This document shows, piece by piece, positions 39,613 through 50,838 of a DNA stretch of 64,000 nt. The position numbers were made by a program, and so were the translations under genes. Source of the stretch: an uncultured Azohydromonas sp. (GTDB taxonomy: Bacteria; Pseudomonadota; Gammaproteobacteria; Burkholderiales; Burkholderiaceae_C); contig CAZUBF010000001.1 of assembly GCA_964618555.1 (NCBI GenBank), forward strand, positions 74,687 to 138,686, given 5' to 3'. Under the pieces are notes generated by a model. It made no database searches and was not told the DNA's origin. It was given only the letters and a program-made list of their open reading frames with translations. Each line of letters starts with the position of its first letter. The stretch's first letter is position 1.

Positions 39613-40188
39613 ATGAAGCTCGTTGCGACCGCCATCGCCGACGTCGTCGTCGTCGAGCCCGCCGTGTTCGCCGACGAGCGCGGCTGGTTCATGGAGAGCC
39701 ACAACCAGCCGCGCTTCGACGCGGCGCTGCGCCAGCTCGGCCTGCCGGTGCCGCGACCGTTCGTGCAGGACAACCACTCGTGTTCGAAGGCCGGCGTGCT
39801 GCGCGGGCTGCACTACCAGCTGCCGCCGCACGCGCAGGGCAAGCTGGTGCGCGTGGTGCGCGGCGCGGCGTACGACGTCGCGGTCGACGTGCGACGCGGC
39901 TCGCCGACCTTCGGCCGCTGGGTCGGCGTCGAGCTCAGCGAAGCGAACCTGCGGCAGCTGTGGATCCCCGAGGGCTTCGCGCACGGCTTCGTCGCGCTGG
40001 CCGACGACACGCACTTCCTCTACAAGACGACCGACGTCTACGCGAAGGACTGCGAACGTGCGATCCGCTGGGACGACCCGGCGATCGGCATCGACTGGCC
40101 GCTGCCGCCCGGCGTCGCTCGTCCCATCGTCGCGCCCAAGGACGCCGCTGCGCCACGGCTGGCCGACGCCGAGTGCTTCGAACGCTGA
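39613..40188 (+). CDS. rfbC: dTDP-4-dehydrorhamnose 3,5-epimerase
   Basis: DERGWFME, QDNHS, GVLRGLHYQ, GFAHGF. Confidence 0.96.
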   Translation: MKLVATAIADVVVVEPAVFADERGWFMESHNQPRFDAALRQLGLPVPRPFVQDNHSCSKAGVLRGLHYQLPPHAQGKLVRVVRGAAYDVAVDVRRGSPTFGRWVGVELSEANLRQLWIPEGFAHGFVALADDTHFLYKTTDVYAKDCERAIRWDDPAIGIDWPLPPGVARPIVAPKDAAAPRLADAECFER

Positions 40189-40265
40189 ACGTGGGCACGC
40201 GACCGTCGCCTCGGGTCTGACACACGGCGCAGGCCCCCGGGCGTCGAACGCCACGGTGGTTGCCG

Positions 40266-40367
40266 GCCGAGGGTGGCGGGTGCGCTCGCCCGGAAGTGAA
40301 GGAGGAGCCAGCGGGCGAAGTCCGCTGGCGGGGGACATGGAGGGCGAGCGCACCCGCCACCCTCGGC
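40266..40367. repeat. 26-bp perfect inverted repeat enclosing an inner hairpin (REPIN/MITE-like)
   Basis: GCCGAGGGTGGCGGGTGCGCTCGCCC (40266-40291) and its exact reverse complement (40342-40367); inner CCAGCGGGC-GAA-GTCCGCTGG. Confidence 0.8.
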
Positions 40368-40537
40368 TCGCCCGGCCGTGGCGCGGGCCTCGCCGTGTCA
40401 CTTCAACCTGAGCATCCCCTGCTCGAGCAGCCGCCGCTGTTTCCGGCTTCCCAGGTCAGCCGGCGGTGTCTCCAATGCCGCGGCCACGGCGTGGCCCGGG
40501 GGACGCGCCGAAGTCGCGACGCGACGGGAAGATCCCG

Positions 40538-41839
40538 CTACGCCGCCTGCGGCAGCAGGTCGCGGTGCGTCTGCCCGCCTTCGAGCGCCAGCACGCAGGT
40601 GCGCCACGCGGCGTCGGGCTCGTCGATGCGAAAGCCGTAGACCTGCGACGCGCCGGGGCGCACGCCGCGCACCGCGGCCACCTTCAGCGTCGAGCGCACG
40701 CCCAGCCCGAGCTCGACGGTGGCCGTGCCCCAGGTGTCCAGCGGCAGCGGCCGCCGCGAGACCGCCTGGAAGCCCGACAGCGAGACCTCGATCACCTCGA
40801 GCTCGATGGTGGCCGTCTCGCCGCCGACGCCGAGCCGCAGCCGCGCCGGGCACTTCAGCGAATAGCGCTGGTGGCGGCGCAGCGCGATGCCCTGCAGGCG
40901 ACCCGAAGGCAGCGGCGGCAGCACCGCCCGGTACTCGGGCAGGTCGTAGATCGAGTGCAGCAGCACGCGCCGGCGCAGGTCCAGCGACTCGAACACGCGC
41001 GTGCGCCGGTTGAAGAAGTGGTCGAGCAGCTCGGGCGTCATCACCGGGTCGTTGGTGGTGTGGTACGCGCGCGAGGGCAGCGCGATGTTGGGCATGCGCG
41101 ACTCGACGAAGTAGCGGTGCAGGTTCTTGCGCTCGCGCCGGCGTCCGTACAGCGCCTCGAACTCGACGCGCGCGCGCTGCAGGTCCAGCGTGGCGCCCAC
41201 CGCCGGCGCGCCGTTGGCGAAGTCGTAGCGGTCGACGGCGTGCTGCTGCAGCCGCTCGAACAGCAGCAGCGACTCGTACAGCTCGATCTTGTTCGGGTTG
41301 ACGGCGATCACCAGGTGCCGCGTGTCGAAGTACTGCGTGCAGTACTCGTACATGAACTTCATCAGCGGGAACAGGATCGCCCCGCCGGTCTTGCGGAACG
41401 CCGGGTGCACCGCGAGCGCCGAGATCTCGGCGATGCGGCCCTCGCGGGCGCGCACCTGCGACAGGTCGAACACCGACTGCAGCGGGAAGCCGAACACGCC
41501 CTCGCGGATCAGCGACATCGTGCCGACGACCTCGCCGTCGAACGTGGCGGCGAGCGTGGTCGTGGTCGGCAGCGCGTGGTACGGCGTCACGCGCAGCCCC
41601 GACGCGTCGGGTTTCATGAAGCCGCTGGCGACGTACGCGTCGTGCAGGATGCGGAAACACGCCTCGAGTTCGTCGCGCGTCTCGGCGATCTTCAGCGCCA
41701 GACGCGGGTCGGGCCGGGGGTCGCAGTCGATCAGCGAACGGAACAGCGCGAAACGCAGGTCGCGCGGCAGGAACCCGACCGCGCGGCGCACGCCCTCGTG
41801 CGCGGCCTTGCGCAGCTGCGTGCGCAGCGACTGCTTCAT
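40538..41839 (-). CDS. FeeM-type N-acyl amino acid synthase (GNAT) with C-terminal PilZ domain
   Basis: FRILHDAYVASG, VVGTMSLI, IAEISALAV, LVIAVNP; C-terminal RRHQRY and EVSLSG. Confidence 0.78.
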   Translation of the reverse strand: MKQSLRTQLRKAAHEGVRRAVGFLPRDLRFALFRSLIDCDPRPDPRLALKIAETRDELEACFRILHDAYVASGFMKPDASGLRVTPYHALPTTTTLAATFDGEVVGTMSLIREGVFGFPLQSVFDLSQVRAREGRIAEISALAVHPAFRKTGGAILFPLMKFMYEYCTQYFDTRHLVIAVNPNKIELYESLLLFERLQQHAVDRYDFANGAPAVGATLDLQRARVEFEALYGRRRERKNLHRYFVESRMPNIALPSRAYHTTNDPVMTPELLDHFFNRRTRVFESLDLRRRVLLHSIYDLPEYRAVLPPLPSGRLQGIALRRHQRYSLKCPARLRLGVGGETATIELEVIEVSLSGFQAVSRRPLPLDTWGTATVELGLGVRSTLKVAAVRGVRPGASQVYGFRIDEPDAAWRTCVLALEGGQTHRDLLPQAA

Positions 41840-42020
41840 CGCCGAAGCGGCGGCGCGACGCCGTCGGCATGCGGGTGGCGGGGGCGGGGGGCGGCGGTCA
41901 TCGTCGGTGCGGCGGGTGGAACCGCCTGACGGGTTATCGACCGCCGCCGCGGCCCACTTGAGGGCGGCGCGGCCGCCGCCGCGCGCCGCCCGCCCGTGCC
42001 GGCCGCCCGTGCCGGCCGGC

Positions 42021-44804
42021 TCAGCCCTCCTTGAGCGACTTCAGCAGCCGCGCCACCTCGGCCTGGCCGTTGAACTTGTCGCCGAGCTGCGCCAGCGCGT
42101 TGAGCTCCTTCTCGGCGTCGGCCTTGCGCCCGGCCTTGATGTAGATGTTGGCCAGCGTCAGCTTGAACGCGTGCGCGTTCGGCTGCGCCGCGATGGCCTT
42201 CTTCTGCACCTCGATCGCGCGGTCGTGCTGGCCGGCCTCCGACAGCACGTAGCCCAGCGTGTCCATGAACACCGGCTGGTTCGGCGCCAGCTGGTTCGCC
42301 TTCTCGGCGAACTCCAGCGCGCCGGGCTTGCCCTGGCGCGCCATCGTCCAAGCCACGTTGTTCAGCGCGATCGCGTTGTTCGGGTTGGCCTGCAGCGTCT
42401 CGCGGTAACGCGACTCGGCGGTGGCGTAGTCGCGCTGGAACAGCGCCAGGTCGCCGAGGTGGAACACGAAGCGCGGATCCTTCGGGTGGTCCTTCAGCCA
42501 GCCGGCCGAGAAGCGGTCGGCGTCGGCGGTCTTTTTCGCGGCGCGCAGCGCCGAGTGCAGCTTGACCGCGGTCTCGCTGTGGTTCGGCGCCTTCGCGAGC
42601 GCGTTGCGGTAGGCGGACGCGGCGGCGTCGAGGTTGCGCTGCGCCATGTGGATGTCGCCCTCGAGGACGAACCCCGTGGCCTCGTTGGGCCGCTGCTTCT
42701 GCACCGCGCGCGCGGTGCCCAGTGCGTCCTGCGGCTTCTTCGCCGCCATGTCGAGCGCGATCAGCTGCTGCTGCGCCGGCAGCAGGTTGGGCGTGAGCGT
42801 CAGCGCGCGCTGCAGGCTCTGCCGCGCCGCCGCCTCGTCCTTCATCGCCAGCCGCACCGCCGCGAGGCGCAGCTGCGGCAGGCCCGACTTCGGGGCCAGC
42901 GTGGCGAGCTTGTTGAAGCTCGCCAGCGCCTGCTGGTGATCGTTGGCGGCCAGTTGCACGCGGCCCAGCGCGTCGACCAGATCGGCATTGTTCGGCTGGC
43001 CGGCGACGCCCGCCTGTGCCGACGCCATCGCCTCGCGCACCTGGTTGTTGCGCAGGTGATGGTCGACCAGCAGCACGCGCGCACGCGCCGAGTCGGGCGC
43101 GGCGCTGACCGCGTCGGTCAGCAGCTTGGCCACCTCTTCCTTGCTGCCGCCGGTGCGTGCGCTCAACTCGGCGAGCCCGAGCAGGGCCGGCACGCTCTTC
43201 GGGTTCTTCGCCAGCACCGCCTGGAAGCGCTGCCGCGCCGCGTCGGGCTTCTGGTCCGCCAGGTCGAGCCCGGCCAGCGCCGCGGCGGCCGGGAAGTACG
43301 CCGCGTCGAGCTTGACCGCCTCCTCGAAGCTGCGTCGCGCCGCGTCGGGCTGCTGCATCGCCATCTGCACGCGGCCGCGCAGGTTGTGCGCCAGCGGCTT
43401 GTCGGGCTGCTTCTTCTGCAGTCCGTCGATGGCCTTGAGCGCGGCGTCGAACTCGCGGCGCACCAGGTGCGCGCTGATCAGCGCCATGTCGGCGGTGATG
43501 CCGGACTTGTCCTCGGCCGCGAGCTCCTCGAGCTGCTCGAAGCCGTCGGCCACGTTGCCGCGCGACATGTCGGCCAGCGCCACCGCGGAGCGGCTGCGGA
43601 TGTCCTTCGGGTTGAGCTTGGCGGCGCGCGCGAACAGCTCGGTGGCTTCCTTCGTGTTGCCGGCCAGCAGGTTCGCCTCGGCGGCCAGGGCGACGGTGCC
43701 GGCGTCCACGTTCGGCGCGCGCAGCGCCGGCTCGATCGTCGCCAGCGCCTTGTCGGACTGGCCGGTGCGCAGGTAGGCCTGCGTCAGCAGGCGGCGCGCC
43801 AGCGGCAGGCCCGGGGCGACCTGCAGCGCCTTCGACAGGTACGCCTCGGCCTGCGCCGGAGTGCCGGCCTGGAGTTCGACCGCGCCGGCGAGCTGCAGTA
43901 CGCGCACGTTGTTCGGCGACGACTGCGCCAGCGGCGTGACCAGCTCCTTCGCCTTCTTGAAGTCGCGCTGCAGGAAGGCCAGCTGCGCCTCGAAGTAGCG
44001 CGTCTGCGGATGCTTCGGGTAGGCCTTCTTCAGCGCGTCGAGCTGCGGCTTGACCTTCTCGGCGTCGTTGCCCGCGAACAGCACCGCCAGCGCGCCGGAG
44101 TGCGCCTCGAGGTTGCGCGGGTTCAGCTCGACGGCCTTGCGGAACGCGGCCAGCGCACCTTCGGCGTCCTGGCGCCCGAACTGCAGCAGGTCGCCCTTGA
44201 GCTTCCACGCCGCGTCGTCCTGCGGGAACTGCGCGGTGACCTCTTCGACGACCTTCATCGCCCCGTCGATGTCGCGCTTGCCGGCCAGCATGCGGGCATG
44301 GAACACACGCGCGCCGGGGTGTTGCGGCTGCGCCTGCAGCGCCGCCTGCACGGCCTTCTCGGTGGGCTCGGCCAGCCCGCGCGCCGCGTACGCGGTGGCC
44401 AGCGCGACCTTCAGGTCGGCCTGCGCCTTCGCGTCGTCGAGCTGCAGCGACTCGAACTCGTCGTTGACCGCCTTGAACAGCCCCTGCTGCAGCATCGCCT
44501 GGGCCAACAGCGGCACGACCTGCGCGTCGGGGTGCTTCAGGTCGCGCGCCTTGCGCAGCTCGACCGCGGCGCCCACCGGGTCGCCGTTGGCCAGCAGCGA
44601 CTGGCCCAGCAGGAACCGCGCCTCGGCCGAGTTGATGTCCTTCTGCAGCGCGTTCTTCAGCTGGATGATCGCTGCCGTGTGGTCCTTCTTCGCGATGTAC
44701 TCGCGCGCCGAGGCGATCAGCGACTCGGGGCTGTCGCCGCCGCCGCAGGCGGCGAGCAGTGCGGCGGCGGCGATGGCGGCGATCAGGGGGCGGGGCGTGC
44801 GCAT
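42021..44804 (-). CDS. prsT: XrtA/PEP-CTERM system TPR lipoprotein PrsT
   Basis: Lipobox LAAC; AAIIQLKNALQ; TPR array; downstream of prsR. Confidence 0.93.
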   Translation of the reverse strand: MRTPRPLIAAIAAAALLAACGGGDSPESLIASAREYIAKKDHTAAIIQLKNALQKDINSAEARFLLGQSLLANGDPVGAAVELRKARDLKHPDAQVVPLLAQAMLQQGLFKAVNDEFESLQLDDAKAQADLKVALATAYAARGLAEPTEKAVQAALQAQPQHPGARVFHARMLAGKRDIDGAMKVVEEVTAQFPQDDAAWKLKGDLLQFGRQDAEGALAAFRKAVELNPRNLEAHSGALAVLFAGNDAEKVKPQLDALKKAYPKHPQTRYFEAQLAFLQRDFKKAKELVTPLAQSSPNNVRVLQLAGAVELQAGTPAQAEAYLSKALQVAPGLPLARRLLTQAYLRTGQSDKALATIEPALRAPNVDAGTVALAAEANLLAGNTKEATELFARAAKLNPKDIRSRSAVALADMSRGNVADGFEQLEELAAEDKSGITADMALISAHLVRREFDAALKAIDGLQKKQPDKPLAHNLRGRVQMAMQQPDAARRSFEEAVKLDAAYFPAAAALAGLDLADQKPDAARQRFQAVLAKNPKSVPALLGLAELSARTGGSKEEVAKLLTDAVSAAPDSARARVLLVDHHLRNNQVREAMASAQAGVAGQPNNADLVDALGRVQLAANDHQQALASFNKLATLAPKSGLPQLRLAAVRLAMKDEAAARQSLQRALTLTPNLLPAQQQLIALDMAAKKPQDALGTARAVQKQRPNEATGFVLEGDIHMAQRNLDAAASAYRNALAKAPNHSETAVKLHSALRAAKKTADADRFSAGWLKDHPKDPRFVFHLGDLALFQRDYATAESRYRETLQANPNNAIALNNVAWTMARQGKPGALEFAEKANQLAPNQPVFMDTLGYVLSEAGQHDRAIEVQKKAIAAQPNAHAFKLTLANIYIKAGRKADAEKELNALAQLGDKFNGQAEVARLLKSLKEG

Positions 44805-44847
44805 GGGGGTACTTCCGTCGGTGGTCGTGGCTCGTGCGGCGCGGCGC

Positions 44848-46215
<1,368 letters not shown>

Positions 46216-46253
46216 GCGGGGCGGGAAGGGCGTGACCTCGGGCTCGGCGGGGA

Positions 46254-48362
46254 TCAGGCGCGCAGCGCGGCCGGGCGCTCGTCGCTGCCGCTGTCGAACA
46301 GCGGCATCAGCAGCGTGACCACCGTGCCGACGCCTTCCTCGCTCTGGACCTCGATCTTGCCACCCAGTTCCTGCACGTACTGGAAGCTCTCGAAGGTGCC
46401 GATGCCCATGCCGGTCCTTTTCGTCGAACTGAACGGTTTGAACAGCCGGTTGGCGACGAACTCGGGCGACATGCCGTGCCCGCGGTCGCCGACCTCGATG
46501 CGCGCCTGGCCGCTGGCGCGCTGCAGCGTCAGCCACACGCGCTGGTCGGGCCGCGTCGCGTCGAGCGCGTTGTGCACCAGATGCCCGAGCACGCGCTCGA
46601 CGCGCTCCTCGTGCCCGCGGGTCATCACGCGGTCGACCACCTTCACCTCCACCTCGCGCCCGCGCTCGCGCGCCATCGTCGCCAGCCGCTCGGCGATCGG
46701 CGCCAGGTCGACGCCGCTGGGCCGGCCGGCGGCCGGGGCGCGGCCCTCGCGCAGCTGCAGCATCAGCTGGCGCATCTTGTCGAGCGAGTTCTCGACGGTG
46801 GCCAGCATATCCTGCTGGAACTCGGGGTTGTCGCGGTGGCGCTGGGCGTTCTTCAGCAGCAGCGAGAGTTGTGTCACGATGTTCTTCAGGTCGTGCACGA
46901 CGAACGCCGACATGCGGTTGAAGGCGTCGAACTTGCGCGCCTCGAGCAGCGCCTCGGTGGCCTGCACCTGCGCGACGAACGCCGCGGCCTGCCGCGCGGC
47001 GGTCTTCAGCAGGTCGGTGACCTCCCAGTCGAGCTCCAGCGGCGTGCGCGGGTGCGCCAGCACGACGTAGCCGGTGAGCTCGTCGCCGACGATCAGCGGC
47101 ACCACCAGCCACGCCTGCGGCGCGTCGCGCACGCCGGGGGGCAGCTCGACGTCGTCGTAGCGCGCGGGGTCGCGGCGCAGCTCGTCGAGGTCGACGATCC
47201 AGCCGCGCTCGACGAGGAACCCGGCGAACGGCGAGTCGGCGCCGTCGCGCGCCGCCACCGGCGGCATGTTCCAGCTGCCGGCGTTGACGAACGCGGCGCC
47301 GTCGGCGCTGCGCACCCACAGCGCGCCGGCCGGGCTCTCGACCAGGTCGGCCAGCCCGTGGACCACCGACGTGCCCAGCTCCTGCGGCGACGTGGTGGCC
47401 GTCAGCCGCGACGTGAACTGCAGCCACTCCTTGCGGTAGTCGTAGCGGTAGTGGAACAGGTGCTTGTTGAGGAACACGCGCAGCCGCGCGCGCACCGTGC
47501 CCGACACCACCAGCACCGCCAGCCCGGCCAGCGCGGCCACCAGCAGCGCGATCTGCAGCGCGCGCCCCCACTCGCCCCCGGTGTAGCGCACGTAGTAGCC
47601 CACCGCCGACATGAACAGCAGGTACGCGCCGGCCAGCAGCAGCGTCGCCGAGTGGAACGCCGCCTCGCGCGAGACCTTCAGCCGGCCGACGCGGTTGGCC
47701 TGGCGCATCGACGCGACGAACAGCAGCGGCACCGCCAGCGCGTGCACCGCGCCGCGCACCGCCAGCGCGTCGCTGTCGAGCTCGGTGAACAGCACCGCCT
47801 GCGACCACAGGAACAGGTCGAACACGAACACCACGCCGAGCCCCAGGCACAGCGGCTTGGCGCTCCAGCGCGAGTCCTCGGGCAGGTTGCGGAACAGCTG
47901 CTCGACCAGCAGCAGCCCGAGCACCGCCAGCCCCAGCAGCAGCAGCGGCTCGGCGCGTTCGCGCCACGCCGCCGCGGGCGGGTGCAGCGCGGCCGCGGCC
48001 AGCAGCGCCGCCACCGCGGCCACCAGCGCCGCGCCGGCCAGCCCCATGCCGCCGAAGCCGCGCCACGCGGCCACGCCGGCCGCCGGCGCGCGGGTCGCGC
48101 CGAGCAGGAACACGAACCACAGCGCGTAGCGCGCGACGTCGGCCGAGACCACCGACGGCGCCGTGGCGTCGCCGGTGACCCAGGTCTCGACCACGCCCAC
48201 CGCGCCCCACAGCGCGCTGGCCGCCACCGCGCCGACGAACGGCCACGGCGCCGCCAGCCGCGCGCCGCGCGCGTCGCCGCGCAGCAGGTGCGCGGCCAAC
48301 GCCGCGTACAGCAGCGCCGCCACGGCGAAGCCGAAGCCGGTGAGGTCGGCGGGGGTGTTCAT
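46254..48362 (-). CDS. prsK: XrtA/PEP-CTERM system histidine kinase PrsK
   Basis: Multi-TM N-terminus, YRYDYRKEWL, GAF domain, AFVVHDLKN, GMGIG. Confidence 0.95.
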   Translation of the reverse strand: MNTPADLTGFGFAVAALLYAALAAHLLRGDARGARLAAPWPFVGAVAASALWGAVGVVETWVTGDATAPSVVSADVARYALWFVFLLGATRAPAAGVAAWRGFGGMGLAGAALVAAVAALLAAAALHPPAAAWRERAEPLLLLGLAVLGLLLVEQLFRNLPEDSRWSAKPLCLGLGVVFVFDLFLWSQAVLFTELDSDALAVRGAVHALAVPLLFVASMRQANRVGRLKVSREAAFHSATLLLAGAYLLFMSAVGYYVRYTGGEWGRALQIALLVAALAGLAVLVVSGTVRARLRVFLNKHLFHYRYDYRKEWLQFTSRLTATTSPQELGTSVVHGLADLVESPAGALWVRSADGAAFVNAGSWNMPPVAARDGADSPFAGFLVERGWIVDLDELRRDPARYDDVELPPGVRDAPQAWLVVPLIVGDELTGYVVLAHPRTPLELDWEVTDLLKTAARQAAAFVAQVQATEALLEARKFDAFNRMSAFVVHDLKNIVTQLSLLLKNAQRHRDNPEFQQDMLATVENSLDKMRQLMLQLREGRAPAAGRPSGVDLAPIAERLATMARERGREVEVKVVDRVMTRGHEERVERVLGHLVHNALDATRPDQRVWLTLQRASGQARIEVGDRGHGMSPEFVANRLFKPFSSTKRTGMGIGTFESFQYVQELGGKIEVQSEEGVGTVVTLLMPLFDSGSDERPAALRA

Positions 48363-48497
48363 GGGGCCGGCCCGGCGCCTGACCCCGTTCGCGTCACCGC
48401 CTGCGGCCCGCAGGCAGTCGGGACCGCCGCGCACCGCCCCATTGCCACTTGGCTCGTCGCGCGGACCGGGCAGAACACAACCCGCCCGCGGGTGCGC

Positions 48498-48690
48498 TCA
48501 GAAGCGGTGCGGGATCGGTACACCGAGATCACGACAGATCTTGCGCGACAGGTTGTTGTCGATCTCGGTGCCGCGGCACGGCGCTGCGACGGTCGAGCGC
48601 AGGGTTGTGCCACCAGGAGTGGCGTGCACCTTCACGCAACAGGCTGCATCCGTGAGCGCTCAGGTGCGCCAGCAGGTCGCGCCGCTTCAT
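48498..48690 (-). pseudogene. hicA: HicA toxin, frameshifted
   Basis: MKRRDLLAHL...REGARHSWW...AVPRH, continuing in another frame as TEIDNNLSRKICRDLGVP; 193 bp is not a multiple of 3. Confidence 0.82.
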
Positions 48691-48696
48691 GGGCCG

Positions 48697-48909
48697 TCAT
48701 ACCGCGATCGGCAGTTCCTCGAAGTCCGCTCCGGCCGCACCGAGCGCCTCCTGCCGGTTGAACTCGAGCGCCTCGGCCAACGTGGCGCGCAGAGTCTCGA
48801 GCAACTCGCCGCGCGTTGGCTCCTGGCAGTTGACGCCGGGAACCTCCTCGATCCAGCCGATCCAGCAATCGCCGGCCTGTTTCACGATGGCGGTGTAGGT
48901 CTGTGGCAT
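48697..48909 (-). CDS. hicB: HicB family antitoxin (short, no DNA-binding domain)
   Basis: YTAIVKQAGDCWIGWIEEVPGVNCQE..ELLETL. Confidence 0.88.
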   Translation of the reverse strand: MPQTYTAIVKQAGDCWIGWIEEVPGVNCQEPTRGELLETLRATLAEALEFNRQEALGAAGADFEELPIAV

Positions 48910-49006
48910 GGCGTTCACCTCGACAGCGCCGAGAGCATAACCAAACCCCCGGCGCGAGCGGCGTGCGCGCCACCGCCGGGTGGCGCAGGGCGGCGCGAAG
49001 CGCGCC

Positions 49007-50375
49007 TCAACGCGACCCGCGCGCCGTCAGCACCACCGCGATCGTCTCGAGGATGATCACCAGGTCGAGGAACAGCGAGTGGTTCTTCACGTAGTACAGG
49101 TCGTACTCGAGCTTGCGCTTGGCGTCCTCGACCGACTCGCCGTAGTGGTAGCGCACCTGCGCCCAGCCGGTGACGCCGGGCTTCATGCTGTGGCGCACCG
49201 CGTAGAACGGCACCTGCTGCGTCAGCTGGTCGACGAAATACGGCCGCTCGGGGCGCGGGCCCACCAGGCTCATCTCGCCGCGCAGCACGTTGACCAGCTG
49301 CGGCAGCTCGTCGATGCGCAGCTTGCGGATGACGCGCCCGACGCGCGTGACGCGGTCGTCGCCGGCCTTCGCCCAGCGCGGCCGGCCGTCGCCCTCGGCG
49401 TCGACGCGCATGCTGCGGAACTTGACCACCTCGAACGGCTTGCCGTTGTAGCCGGTGCGCTCCTGGCGGTAGAACACCGGGCCGCGCGAGTCGAGCTTGA
49501 TGGCCAGCGCGGTCAGCAGCATCAGCGGCACGCCGGGCAGCAGCAGGAGGGCGGTGCACGCCAGGTCGAACACGCGCTTGATGGCGGTGCGCATCCAGCC
49601 CTGGTTGAAACCCTGGCCGAAGATCAGCGCGCCGGCGTGCACGTGGTCGATGCGGATCTGCGCCAGCGCCTTCTCGAAGTGCGCCGAGGTGTCGAGCACG
49701 CGCACGCCCGAGAGCTTGCAGTCGAGCAGCTCGCGCAGCGGCATGCTGCCGCCGCGGCGCTCGGTGAGCGCGACGACGATCTCGTCGACGCGCAGGTCGC
49801 GTGCCAGGTCGCTGAGCGGACGGTCGGACTTCAGGATCTCGTGCGACGACACCGCGGCCTGCGTCTCGTTGGGGCCCATCACGAAGCCCACCACCTCGGC
49901 GTGCGGGTCCGACTGCGTGAGCGTCTGCGCGACCAGCTGCGCCGACGGCCCGGCGCCGAACACCAGGATGCGCGAGCGGATCAGCGACTGCGCCTTCGAG
50001 TGCGCCACCACCACGCGGTGGCCGAACACCCACACCACCACGCCCATCGCCGCCAGTCGCATCACGTCGCGCCCCAGAACGCTGGGCGGCAGCAGCCCGA
50101 AGATCAGCCACGCCAGCGGCAGCGCGATCAGGATGGCCACCGTGGCGCGCGCCAGCGACTGCAGCAGCGAGCGGTTGTGCGCGTACTCGTAGAAGCCGGT
50201 GGCGGTGTTGATGACGAACACGCACGCGGCCAGCAGCAGGCAGCGCGAACCCGGCGCCGGCCCCGCCCAGCGTGCCCATGCTCATGCCCATCACCACGAC
50301 CAGGATCAGGCCGAGGTCGAACATCACCTGCATCAGCGTGCGGCGGTGCAGGTAGTGGTTGAAGATGCGGATCAT
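49007..50375 (-). pseudogene. XrtA/PEP-CTERM-associated priming sugar transferase, apparent frameshift near 50230-50280
   Basis: N-terminus MIRIFNHYL in one frame; remainder (KRVFDL, KFRSM, RIDELPQ, GEMSLVGPRPE, KPGVTGWAQV) in another; 1369 bp total. Confidence 0.8.
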
Positions 50376-50446
50376 TGGGTGTGGAGTTGCGTCGGACGAT
50401 GGCTCGCCGGACCGCGACGGGCGGAGTGCCGGATCCAAGACCCGGC

Positions 50447-50463
50447 TGTCGACGCAATTGACA
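50447..50463. promoter_or_regulatory. Possible PrsR-box-like site upstream of the sugar transferase-prsKRT operon
   Basis: TGTCGACGCAATTGACA, a TGT-N11-ACA like the boxes upstream of PEP-CTERM genes. Confidence 0.35.
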
Positions 50464-50655
50464 CTAGTCGACGGGGCGGATGCTGCAACAGCACTGCAGG
50501 GCGGTCATCCCCATGAATGGGTGCCGAGGCACGGTGCGCGGCAATGCGTCACGGGTTCGGGTGCCGCGCGTGCCCGGCGGCACCGGCGCGCGCCGCCGCT
50601 CGCGTGCATCGTCGGCGACGGGCCGGTGGCGGACGACCGCCGAGCGATCGCAACC

Positions 50656-50750
50656 TGTCGGAAACCGTTACAAACGCACTTCCATTTTCCGCCAACGCGA
50701 GACAGGGTCCTTACAGATCAATGACTTGCGCATGTGGCACGCTTCGTGCA
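50656..50750 (+). promoter_or_regulatory. PEP-CTERM box, IHF-like site and sigma-54 promoter
   Basis: TGTCGGAAACCGTTACA (50656-50672); ATCAATGACTTG (50717-50728); TGGCACGCTTCGTGCA with GG-N10-GC (50735-50750). Confidence 0.85.
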
Positions 50751-50838
50751 CGCGTTGACTGTGAGTCTGCGACACCGGTCGCGCGATCGGGTCGATCGGG
50801 CGCATGACACTGCAAACTCGACCTGAACAGGAGGTTCC

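Noticed and set aside
40398-40500. Gene remnant ending LLEQGMLRLK on the minus strand
   Set aside because: Too short, no recognisable family or start
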